DNA from: an uncultured Verrucomicrobiae bacterium | GTDB lineage: Bacteria > Verrucomicrobiota > Verrucomicrobiia > Limisphaerales > JAFGQR01 | NCBI GenBank assembly: GCA_963788655.1 | Contig: CAWBHS010000087.1 | Location: 160,001 to 224,000 of the forward strand | Direction of reading: 5' to 3' | Length of the DNA stretch: 64,000 nucleotides | Part shown: piece by piece, positions 40,654 through 50,224 of the stretch | How the letters are laid out: every line of letters begins with the position of its first letter | How positions within the stretch are numbered: the first letter of the stretch is position 1 | Program-made: the position numbers and the translations under genes | The notes under the pieces: model-generated | The model's input: the letters and a program-made list of their open reading frames with translations, nothing else | Database searches by the model: none | What the model was told of the DNA's origin: nothing

Positions 40654-43036
40654 ATGAACAACAATATTGCAGCACCAGTTAAAGAAGCGGTTACTCTGAT
40701 TCCCGGCCTGCAATCATCGACAGATTCCCTAGGCGCACAAGTCATAGCATGCATTGCTGATGGAATTGCGCTCTTCGATGACGACTGCAAGTGCGTGCTT
40801 TGGAACCCGGCCATGGAACGTCTAACCGGTGTTCCTCCGATCACGGCGCTTGGTCGGCCCATCTCGGAATTGTTTGCCGATGGGCAAAAGGATACCGTGA
40901 CGGCAAGTTTGTCCCAGGTGTTTTCCGGAGAATCTGTTACCCTGCCCAATTTGCCGGCGCCGGCCACCACGTCGGAACCCGCTGGTTTCTGGGAGGTTCG
41001 TTTCAGTCCCTGGCGCCAAACTGATCGTGGCATTTGCGGAGCCATGGTTCAGGCGCGATCTGTTTCCAATCGTGCCCCGTCAACCAGTGGGCCTGGGGAT
41101 GCCGACGGGCGTTCCGCCACGGAATCCGAACTGCGCGTGCAAGCCGCCGCCCTGGAATCGGCCGCCAACAGCATTGTGATCACTGACCGGCAGGGGCGCA
41201 TCGCCTGGGTCAATCCCGCGTTCAGCCGCTTGACTGGTTATTCCCCCGCCGAAGCCATCGGGCAAAATCCCCGGGTGCTCAAATCCGGCCGGCATGAGCC
41301 CGAGTTTTACCGGGACATGTTGAGAACCATTTCTTCCGGCAAAGTCTGGCAGGGCGAAATCATCAATCGCCGCAAGAACGGCACGTTGTACACTGAGGAA
41401 ATGACCATCACCCCCGTGCCGAACCACGCGGGCGAAATCACTCATTTTATCGCCATCAAAACCGACGTGACCGAGCGCAAGGAAATGGAAACCGAACTGG
41501 AGCACTCCCGGCAACGGTTTGCGCGCATTTTCCAATCCAGTCCGGCGGCCATCGGCATCTGCACCGTGGCGGAAGAACGGCTGCTCGACGTAAACGATAA
41601 CTTTTTGCGTTTACTCGGCTACGAGCGGGAAGAAATCATCGGCCTCAGCGCCGCCACCTTGGGCTTGTGGGGGGACGAAGCCCAGCACGCCCGGCTGATG
41701 GCGCAGGTGCGGGACGAAGGGGCCATCGCCAATTGCGAAATCCTGCTCCGCTCGAAACTGGGTCCGTTGCTTGACGCGCTGGTTTCCGTCGAACGCATCC
41801 AACTCGGCGCCGATCCCTGTCTGGTGTTCCTCATCCTGGACATCACGGAACGCAAACGCCTCGAGCAACAACTGCGTCAGGCGCAGAAAATGGAAAGCTT
41901 GGGAACGCTTGCCGGGGGCGTGGCGCACGACTTCAATAACCTGCTCACCGTGATGCAGGGCCATGCCAATCTGGCGCTGCACGCCGAAAAACTTCCCGAA
42001 CGCACCACCGAATCGTTGCGGCAAATCACCCAAGCGTCCGAACAAGCCGCCAATCTGACCCGGCAGTTGCTGACGTTTAGCCGCAAGCAACCGGCCCAGC
42101 TTCGTCTGCTCAATTTGAACGAAGTCGTGGGTAATCTGACGAAGATGTTGCGCCGGATCATTGGCGAGGATATCACGCTCGAATGTAAGTATTCGCCCCA
42201 GATTGCGTCGATCATGGCCGACGTGGGCATGATGGAACAAATCGTCCTGAACCTGGCAGTGAATGCCCGCGATGCCATGCCGGAGGGCGGATCGCTGTTG
42301 ATTAGTACCCGAACCGGCGCGCGTGGACGCAGCCCAAGCCCGGCAGCAACCCGGAGCCCGGGAAGGTCAGTTCGTCCGCCTGGTCGTGCGCGATTCCGGC
42401 ACGGGGATGGAGCCGGAATTGTTGCCGCGCATCTTTGAACCTTTTTTCACCACGAAAGACGTTGGCAAAGGCACCGGTTTGGGCTTGGCGACGGTCCACG
42501 GCATTATACAACAGCACCAGGGCTGGATCGAAGTCACGAGCCAACCGCAACGCGGAACGGAGTTTCGGATTTACCTTCCGGCGAGCGAACGCAAGAAACC
42601 CGCGGAGTTTGATACGGCGCTGGCTTCGAAAGTTCGTGGCGGCAAAGAAACCATTTTGCTGGTCGAAGACGATCCGGGCGTGCAAGGCCTGGCCCGCCAG
42701 GTGTTGGCCCGCTACGGCTATGGCGTGCTGGTGGCAGCTTCCGGCCACGAAGCGCTCGAGGTCTGGCAAAACCTTGACCGGCCGATTGACCTGTTGTTGA
42801 CCGACGTGATCATGCCGGGCGGCTTGAGTGGCCGGCAATTGGCGGATCGCCTGCGCACTCTGAAACCCGATCTGCGGGTCGTTTTCACCAGTGGCTACAG
42901 TCCGGATGTTGCCGGCCTTTGTGACGACAATGACGCCGGCACGCGCTTTCTCTCCAAACCCTACCCGCCCCGCGAACTGGCCAAAACCGTGCGGGAATGC
43001 TTGGACGGCGATCCTGGCGTGTCGGAGACGGCGTAA
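40654..43036 (+). CDS. Cytoplasmic hybrid sensor histidine kinase (3 PAS + HisKA + HATPase + REC), frameshifted near 42310
   Basis: PAS motifs; AQKMESLGTLAGGVAHDFNNLL; NLAVNARDAMP. Removing one C in agtacccgaa joins it to DSGTGM...FFTTK...GTGLGL and a receiver domain (LLVEDD, LTDVIMP, SKPY). Confidence 0.88.
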
Positions 43037-43142
43037 GAAGTTTGTAACTTCTTTTGGCTTCGCCTGTCTTCGAATTTCAGAGTCTCGTTACCTCGCCTCC
43101 TACGAGAACTGGCTGGTAGGAGTCGAGGGGACGAGACTCTGA
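43021..43142. repeat. GTAG-type REP cluster downstream of the RAYT gene (degenerate doublet plus single arm)
   Basis: gtcggagacggcgtaagaagtttgtaacttcttt (43021), tcagagtctcgttacctcgcctcctac (43077-43103), gtaggagtcgaggggacgagactctga (43116-43142). Confidence 0.85.
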
Positions 43143-43156
43143 CTAAATTTATTATC

Positions 43157-43762
43157 TCACCCAATGGGAGGGCGTTTGATGTTCCCGGCATCCGGCTGAC
43201 GCCACTTGGCGTAGATTCGCCAGAACTTGGGCCAGAAATCATCGCCCACCGGATTCAGCTCCGGATAACCGGGCAGGATGCAGCCGGTAAACGGCCCCGT
43301 GTCCGACGTCGCCATGAGGCTTGCTCGCACTGGATTCGCGGCAATGTAAAAACAGACCTTCGCAAAGGCGTTCCGCTTTCGTTGCTCCGCTCGCAGGACT
43401 TCGTCTTGGGCTTGTGGCTGGAACCGGGCGGGAGCAAGCTTCGGCTCCAGAAACCTGCGCAAGAACGCCATGCCGTTGAGTTGGTCGGAGTCCCGCCTCA
43501 ACCCCATCCACACCAAATGCAAGTGATCCGGCATCAAACAATAGATCGGACACAGCAATGCTTCGCGAGCGGCGGTGTGGAACATCAGTTCCCGGAAACG
43601 CTGGTGGAATGCGGCGCTCAACCAACCTTGCGCCCGGTCGAATATTGTGAGCGTCCAAAACACCACGGCATCGCCTTGATAGTGCTCGCGCGGCAGCCGG
43701 GGCAGATAGCCCACGCGGTTCAGCGGATCAGGAGATGATTTTGGTGGTTGATGGAAATTCAT
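43157..43762 (-). mobile_element. REP-associated tyrosine transposase (RAYT / TnpA-REP, Y1 HUH family)
   Basis: RLP...VFWTLT, YCLMPDHLHL (HUH), FQPQAQDEVLR, YIAANPVRA (catalytic Tyr); flanked on both sides by GTAG REPs. Confidence 0.88.
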
Positions 43763-43826
43763 TACTAAAAGATCAACAACTGGTCATTGGTTGGAGTCGT
43801 TTGGTCGTTCAACCTGGCCGTATTCT

Positions 43827-43908
43827 GTAGGAGACGACGTGAGGAGTCTCTAACTTCTTTTGCCATCCTACGGTCTCAATATCAGAGTCTCGTTACCTCG
43901 ACTCCTAC
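43827..43908. repeat. GTAG-type REP doublet upstream of the RAYT gene
   Basis: gtaggagacgacgtgaggagtctc...tcagagtctcgttacctcgactcctac; direct repeat of 43021-43103. Confidence 0.85.
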
Positions 43909-43931
43909 GAGGATTAGATCCCAGCAGGCGG

Positions 43932-46900
43932 TCACTTCAATAACTCCAGCCCCGGCCGGAACGGAACGGTCCCCAACGTCACGGGCCGAAAAATTCCACC
44001 GGCGCCATACCAATCATAAACGCGGACGGCGATGACCGCTGGCTGCCCCGGGACAACCCAGCGGGTAATGTCATGGCTCTTCCGTTCATTGAAGGCATCC
44101 TGCCGGGTGGCGAGGTCGCCGCCTTTGCCGGCCAGTTCGCCGTTGACGTAAAGCTCGTAAATGTCATCCACGCCCTCGAAGGAGAGATAAATCGGGCGAC
44201 CTTGCCATCGGCTCGGAATGTCAACCGCCAAACGATACCAGGCCCAATGGTCGAGCGTGGGATACCCCTGCCCTTCCCACGCCGCGCCGATCTTGATGGC
44301 AGCCCAATCCTTCGCCGAATCAAGTTGCGGCCGTTGCCAGCCCAGGGCCAGGCCCTGATTATTCGGATCCGGACGAAACTGCCATTGGCGCTTAACCAGC
44401 GGAATGGTTTCCGCGTGTAATTGCATTTTCAAAAACTGCCAACGCTCGTCGGATAACCTGTGCTTCGGTTCCGGGCCGGCCTGCAAGCGGTCCAGCAATA
44501 CGCCAAGCAGCCAGCGGCCGGCCGCATTGGACTGACCGCGGTGATTAAGGGCGCTCACTAACAACCGTCCGCGACCGGCCTGCGTTTCAAACACCAGGCC
44601 GTGCAGTTTGATGGTCTGCAAATCGTGCGTATCCCAAAGCATCAGCAGCGGATCGATGACGTCCAGATAGTCCACGTTGGGAATGACTTCGCTGGCCAGA
44701 TCGAAATGCTGCAACTCGACCAGCAGGTTCCGCGGCACGGTTTCCAGCAAGGACGATCCCGGCACGAATGGCGCGCCTCGCAGAAACCAATGCGCCGCCA
44801 ACGGAAAGCTGTTGGTTTGACCATCCGGCAGCAACAAGACGCGCCCGCCCGCTTCGAGGAGGCGCACCAGTTGATCGTCGAATCGGCTGGCGACGACGAC
44901 GTGATCCGTGGATGTCGAACGGTCGCCAAGAGGTTCAGCTTCGGGAAAGAGTTCCCGGGACGTTTCCGAAGAAACCGAAGTGTGCAGGCGAACGTTGGAA
45001 AAAATGTTGGAGGCCGATATTGGCATCACCCACAGCGGCCAATGATTGCGGAGTTCCTTTTGCGACGTTCGCAGCGACGCCCGAAGTTCAACGGGCAGCG
45101 GACGCTTTACGTCGGGCAGTGGAAAATCGATGCCGCGCCACTTTGGCGAGATTGCCGGCTGCTTGCTGGACATGCGCTCTATTCAATCGTTGAAAGCGAT
45201 TTATCCGTATGTTCCGATTCCACCAACTCCACCGTGAGTTCCGCATCCCTCAGATCATCATTTCCAAAATGGCTTAGCCAGAGTTCGGCCTGCAATCGTC
45301 CACCGCCCAAAAAACTGCGGCAATCATTCGGCGTTTTTAGCAGACAAATCGTTTCCCGCTGCCAGGACCAATCGGTGGCCGGCCATTTCGGTTGGTCATT
45401 GTAGTCAATCAAACCCATGGAAGCGTTGGGAATGTCGCGAATGACACTCACCACGTAGCCGCCATGGGGCACCTCGCGCCGGTAGGTTTCAATCTGATAT
45501 TTCCGCATGAGCAACGCGTAGCGCAACGAATCCGGGCCGAGGCGATCCAGTCCTTCGGGGCCGGTGACGGATCGCATTCGTTCCAGCCACCGGGCCTGTT
45601 CGTCCAACGGACCCGGCGCCCAAAACGGCCGATCGTCACCGAGCCGCTGAAGCAATGGCGCGCGGTCCACCCACGTGTCCGCCGCGATGGCTTCGCCGAG
45701 GACCAACGGCTTCACGCCGTGGGAGCGCACATAGTCGTTCAGCCGGTGCAAGGTCGGCACCCAGGTGTGATTGTTGCCATACGGATGATCGTCGTAGAAA
45801 TCATTCACACGATTCCAGCCAATCCAACTTGAGTCGTCCTCGACTACGGCGCCGGGAATCATGGCGTGCGCCAGATCGTAAAGCCGTTGAATGACTGGCA
45901 ATTCTGCGCCGGGACCAGTCTCGCAGGTCAAACTCCGCAGGATTACCGACGGATGATTGCGGTCGTAGTAGAAGAACTCTTGGAACTCGCGCTGCAATGG
46001 GCCCCGAAACTTTTCGGTAAGCTGCGGATGCCAGGTCGGATATTCCATCCACGTCAGCACGCCGAGTTCATCAGCCAACTCCAAATAGCGTTGCGGCGGA
46101 ATCCACAGGCAAAACTTCATCAAGTTGAATCCGTAGGAGCGCGCGAACTCCAGCTCCTGGCGCCAGGTTTCCTCGCCGGGATTGGGCGCCGTCAACGGCG
46201 GGCTGTAACCCCAGTTCAACACACCCCGGATGCCCAGGGCGTTGCCATTGAGTCGGAATTGATCGCCCTGCACGTCGATGGTCCGAAACGCGGCGCGCGT
46301 AGACACCGCGTCACCATTGGTTCCTGGCAAGGCAAGTTGGAGTTCGTATAATAGCGGATTGGCGGGCGACCAGCGTTGCGGATCGCGCACGGGAATTTCC
46401 GCGCGCAGCAGGTGAGCATCATCCTGGTCACGCTGAAGGGGCGCCGTCAGTTCCTGATAATCGGCTTGACCACGAAGCCGGTAACGAACGCGTAATTCAC
46501 GAATTTCGACCGATGTATTTCCCGCCAGCGCCAGCGCCAGCTTGAGCCGTTTGTTGGCCCAATCCCCGTACGCTTGCAGGCGCAAGTCATCCACGTAAGT
46601 GTCCGGCACCAGCACCAACTGGACACCCTGCCAAAGACCGCCGAAGTGCGGGGCGATGATCGGCAAAAAGCCCTGGGTGTTGTGCCCCACTTTTTCGTCC
46701 AGGCGCACTCGCAATTCATGTGGTCGGTTCGGAGCGGCTGCGCGTACCAGGTCCGTTACGTCGAAACGGAACGGAGTCCAAGCGCCCAGGTGGCTGCCCA
46801 AGCGGTGGCCGTTCCACCACACCGTTGCCTCAGTGGCCGCCGCTTCGAAGTGCAACAATACGCGCTGCCCTTTTGCCAACGCGAACGGCGGAATGGTCTT

Positions 46901-47146
46901 GCGATACCAGCCGACACCATTGAACTCGATGCCTTCGTGGCTTTCAAAACTCGAAGGAACTGCCACCTCTTTCCAAGATTCTGGTGCGGCACCGTTGCGC
47001 TGAAATTGCCACGAGCCGTTCAAGGAAATCTCCTGACGCGATGCCGCAGGGCTGGAGACAACCACGCTCAAAAAACCCAGCGCACCACATATCAAAACAG
47101 ACCGGACAAACCACGGCGCGGTCCAGAAAGAAAAAGGCGTTCGCAC
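43932..47146 (-). CDS. Secreted GH2-like glycoside hydrolase with N- and C-terminal sugar-binding domains; probably one gene split by frameshifts at about 45140-45200
   Basis: SLNGSWQF, GVGWYRK, FGGLWQGV, GFNLMK, RNHPSVILRSLTCE, KPLVLGE; C-terminal WAWYR...FEGVDD...GGIFRPV. A bridging frame reads QRLNRAHVQQAAGNLAKVA between the two ORFs. Confidence 0.78.
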
Positions 47147-47216
47147 CTGGGTTGCTTACCGAGTCGAACGCGATGCGTCAACCGCTTTGGAATGCACTGA
47201 GGTCATTGGCCATTGG

Positions 47217-47906
47217 TCATTCCAATTCCGTCCATGGCCGGTTCACCGGCGTGATGACGACTTGCTTGTTGGTAATCCCGACCTCATCAATGCGATTAAC
47301 GAAATCGATGAGGTGCGGATTACGTTCCGCGTCATCGAGCAGATTCTTCTTTTTAACTTTGGCTTCGAACCAGCCGGGGGGCTCCTTGCCATTGGCTTTG
47401 ACCGAAATGACGTACAACGCTGGAAAACCGTCTTCTTCCAGTTCGAATTTCAGCCAAGCCACCCCGTTGAGATACCGTCCCTTGAGTTCCGCCTTCTTGG
47501 TTTGATCCAAAGGCACCGAGAAGTCGGCGCGGATTTTGCCATCTTCGATGTTGAGCCGCACCCGGTCCTTGATCTGCGGGATGTTGGCGACCAACGCATT
47601 CAGATCCTCCTCCGTCAATTTGAACGGGGCGGTCGGTTTTCCGGAAACCACGTTTTGGTAGAATTGCCCCCATTTCTGTTTAAGACCTTCGAAGTCGGCG
47701 GGGGTCGCCGCCACCGGGGCCAGGGCCACGGGTTGGGTCGTGGTGTAATTTCTGATCAGCGACTTGTAATAACTCACCAAAACCACCAAAGCTGTGCCCG
47801 CCAACAGCGCCAAACAGCCCACGCCAATCAGCAAATAGACCCACCACCGCCGTTTCTTCCGCGGCGGCACCCCGGTTTCGATGGTTTGTGCATCGTTGGT
47901 TTCCAT
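47217..47906 (-). CDS. Membrane-anchored hypothetical protein
   Basis: RKKRR followed by one hydrophobic helix, then a soluble domain containing LTEEDLNALV. Start placed at METNDA. Confidence 0.75.
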   Translation of the reverse strand: METNDAQTIETGVPPRKKRRWWVYLLIGVGCLALLAGTALVVLVSYYKSLIRNYTTTQPVALAPVAATPADFEGLKQKWGQFYQNVVSGKPTAPFKLTEEDLNALVANIPQIKDRVRLNIEDGKIRADFSVPLDQTKKAELKGRYLNGVAWLKFELEEDGFPALYVISVKANGKEPPGWFEAKVKKKNLLDDAERNPHLIDFVNRIDEVGITNKQVVITPVNRPWTELE

Positions 47907-48046
47907 TGCAGAAATAACCCGCAACCGGCCCTCCAAGTTGCGCCTAATTCATTAAAACGTAGCCGCGGCGGTGAGGCCGCGGCCAACGCTTTCCTCTGAC
48001 CATCCGACTTTCCTAAAGGAAATCCAACTGGATCGCGCCCCCCCGC

Positions 48047-48787
48047 TCACATCTTACCGTTCGCGGCCCACGCGGTACCCTGCTGAATCAGCTTTTGGAC
48101 CGCGGGATTATCCACCGCCTTGCCGTCATGGCCGAAGGTGTGATGAAATACCCGGCCCTGCCCATAGTTCACCGTGAACGCCAGCGGTTCTGTCTTATGG
48201 CTCCAATCGGAATCGGCCGTCACCAACACATGAATGGGCGCGTCCCCTTGTAGCTTGGCATACAGCTCGTCATCCGCTTCGAAGGTGCCCACCCCCTGGG
48301 TTATGGGATGGTCGGCATCCACAATCTTGCAAGCGAAGGTGCTGCGCGGGCCGTGTCCCGATTTGCCCATGACCCAATATCGGCCGCACAATTTCTTGAA
48401 CTCGTCCCATTCCTTGAACGAAGCACTGGACAGGTGCGTGACCACAAATCCTTTGCCGCCTTTCACGAAGTCCACCAGGTTTTCCTTGGCCCGGTCGGTC
48501 AGCGTCGGGGTCGAGGCATTGTACATCGACAGGTAAATCACGTCATACCGTTGCAGGCTGGCCGCGGACTCCAACACCCCGGGGTCTTCGCACACCTTGA
48601 CATTGAAATTCCCACCGGCCAATAAAACCACCCGCGTGGCCTCGGAAACTTCCCGCCATTTGTGGGCCCCCACGTCGTCGCCGGTGAGCAGGAGCACGTT
48701 AATTTTCTTGGGAGCATTCGCGGCGGGGGCATTGGGAGCCATCGCCAACACTCCCCAACTCAGCAGAGCAGTCAGTAACAAGCGCAT
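48047..48787 (-). CDS. Secreted ThuA-like (trehalose utilization / class I glutamine amidotransferase-like) domain protein
   Basis: VLLLTG...HKW, FVKGGKGFVVTH, HPITQG, DELY, YGQGRVFHHTFGHD. Confidence 0.88.
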   Translation of the reverse strand: MRLLLTALLSWGVLAMAPNAPAANAPKKINVLLLTGDDVGAHKWREVSEATRVVLLAGGNFNVKVCEDPGVLESAASLQRYDVIYLSMYNASTPTLTDRAKENLVDFVKGGKGFVVTHLSSASFKEWDEFKKLCGRYWVMGKSGHGPRSTFACKIVDADHPITQGVGTFEADDELYAKLQGDAPIHVLVTADSDWSHKTEPLAFTVNYGQGRVFHHTFGHDGKAVDNPAVQKLIQQGTAWAANGKM

Positions 48788-49063
48788 AGATTTTCGATTG
48801 GTTAAGTTAAACAATGTTTCAGCCAAGGTGGATACGATTAATCAGCGAAGACTCGCCGGTCAAGCAAACAACCCAAGCCAATGACTCAAGCCGTAGAGCT
48901 GTCCCCGGCATCCGCGCTCCCCCAAGCCCTCACCGTGGCCGCGCCTTTGGTGTGCGCAAGCCAGCCTCGGCGTGACGAATACTTCACAGGCTTGTCGGGG
49001 TGTGCGCCATTAGCTTTGCGGAATCCGGAGGAATCGTCTAACGTTCGGCGGGTTCAACCCACC

Positions 49064-49140
49064 GGCCATCGGTCTGTTGATCGTGGGAGAGGAAGCCGGA
49101 CGACCAGGAAGCGTCTGGCAACCGCCCCAGCCTGATGGCT
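49064..49140 (+). promoter_or_regulatory. Candidate structured cis-regulatory RNA (orphan riboswitch-like leader)
   Basis: Nested stems GGCCATCGG/CTGATGGCT, TGGG/CCCA and GCCGGACG/CGTCTGGC with internal loops TCTGTTGATCG and AGAGGAA/AACCGC. Ends 7-16 nt before the candidate start codons. Confidence 0.5.
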
Positions 49141-49156
49141 AACGTCAATGCTCTAT

Positions 49157-50146
49157 ATGAAACGCGTAACACAATTGTCCTGGTTCGTGAGTCTGAGTGG
49201 TTTGGTTTTGGCAACAATTCTGCCGGCACCGTGTGCCCCGCTGACGGCGGGGAAGCCGATCGTGCTGGAAAATACCCAAGGCGGCTTCGATTTTATCGAG
49301 GTGGATGCCGCCAAACACCGGTTGTTGTTGGCGCACACTGGCAACAAGACCTTGGATGTATTCGATCTGAATTCGCACAAGCTGCTGAAGAGTGTCCCCA
49401 CCGGGGCCGCCCAGGATTGTGCCGCCGACACCACGCGTGGCTGCTATTATGTCTCCGTCAGCAGCCCTCCCCAAATGGCCATCGTGGATGCTGTCACTTT
49501 GAAAATGACCGGCGCGGTGCCGTTGCCCGCGGACGCGGATTTGATGAATTTCAATCCGGCGAATGGCCTGGCCTACGTCTGCAACGACACGGCCCCGGAA
49601 TTGTGGGTCATTGATCCGGTGGCAAAGAAGATCACCACCACGCTCACCCTGAAAGGCAAGGGCATGGAAGGTCTTGTGTTCGACCCGAAATACCAACGCC
49701 TTTTCCAAGCCATAAAGACCGGTGATCTGCTGGCCGTCATCGATCTTTCCAATCACCAGGTGCTCGCGACCTGGAGCACGGCCCCGGCGAGCAATCCGCA
49801 CGGGATCGCGTTGGTGCCGGAGGCGGACACCATCTTGGTCGCGGGCGCCAATGGCAAGCTCGTCATGTTGAATCGCTCGACCGGTAAGCTGGTGGCGAGC
49901 GCGGACATTGCCGCGCGGGTGGACGAAATGGCCTATGATTCCCAATCCCACCAAGCGTATTGTGCCAGCAGCCAGGGCAAGATCTCCGTGGTGGAGGTTG
50001 GGACTAAAAAGTTGACGACGCTCGGAGATGTGCCCACTGCCGTACCGGTCAAGAGTATTGTCGTGGATCCCGCGACCCACACGGTTTGGGTTGCGTATCG
50101 CCAAGGTGAGCAAAGTTTCGTGCAGCCATTTACGGTGCCCCAATGA
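49157..50146 (+). CDS. Secreted YncE/YVTN-type beta-propeller protein
   Basis: Signal peptide; GGFDFIEVD, repeated VID/VFD blades, NPHGIAL, VDEMAYD, SIVVDPATHTVWV. Start is 49157 or 49148. Confidence 0.85.
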   Translation: MKRVTQLSWFVSLSGLVLATILPAPCAPLTAGKPIVLENTQGGFDFIEVDAAKHRLLLAHTGNKTLDVFDLNSHKLLKSVPTGAAQDCAADTTRGCYYVSVSSPPQMAIVDAVTLKMTGAVPLPADADLMNFNPANGLAYVCNDTAPELWVIDPVAKKITTTLTLKGKGMEGLVFDPKYQRLFQAIKTGDLLAVIDLSNHQVLATWSTAPASNPHGIALVPEADTILVAGANGKLVMLNRSTGKLVASADIAARVDEMAYDSQSHQAYCASSQGKISVVEVGTKKLTTLGDVPTAVPVKSIVVDPATHTVWVAYRQGEQSFVQPFTVPQ

Positions 50147-50224
50147 TCCCCGGTCGCCGGTCGGTTGCGACGTCCACCATTTCATCTGGCAACGTCGTGG
50201 TCAAAGCTGCTAAGTCTTTTGGCC

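Noticed and set aside
42290..42330. Programmed ribosomal frameshifting or true pseudogenes at the split genes
   Set aside because: No slippery heptamers or phase-variable tracts, a consistent extra-base pattern across unrelated genes, and otherwise intact sequences. Sequencing error is more parsimonious.
49064..49143. Fluoride or guanidine-II (mini-ykkC) riboswitch assignment
   Set aside because: AACCGC...CTGATG resembles the fluoride motif 3' half, but the 5' GGNGAUGG stem and pseudoknot are missing. There is only one GGACGACC, with a 2-bp stem, rather than twin ACGR hairpins.
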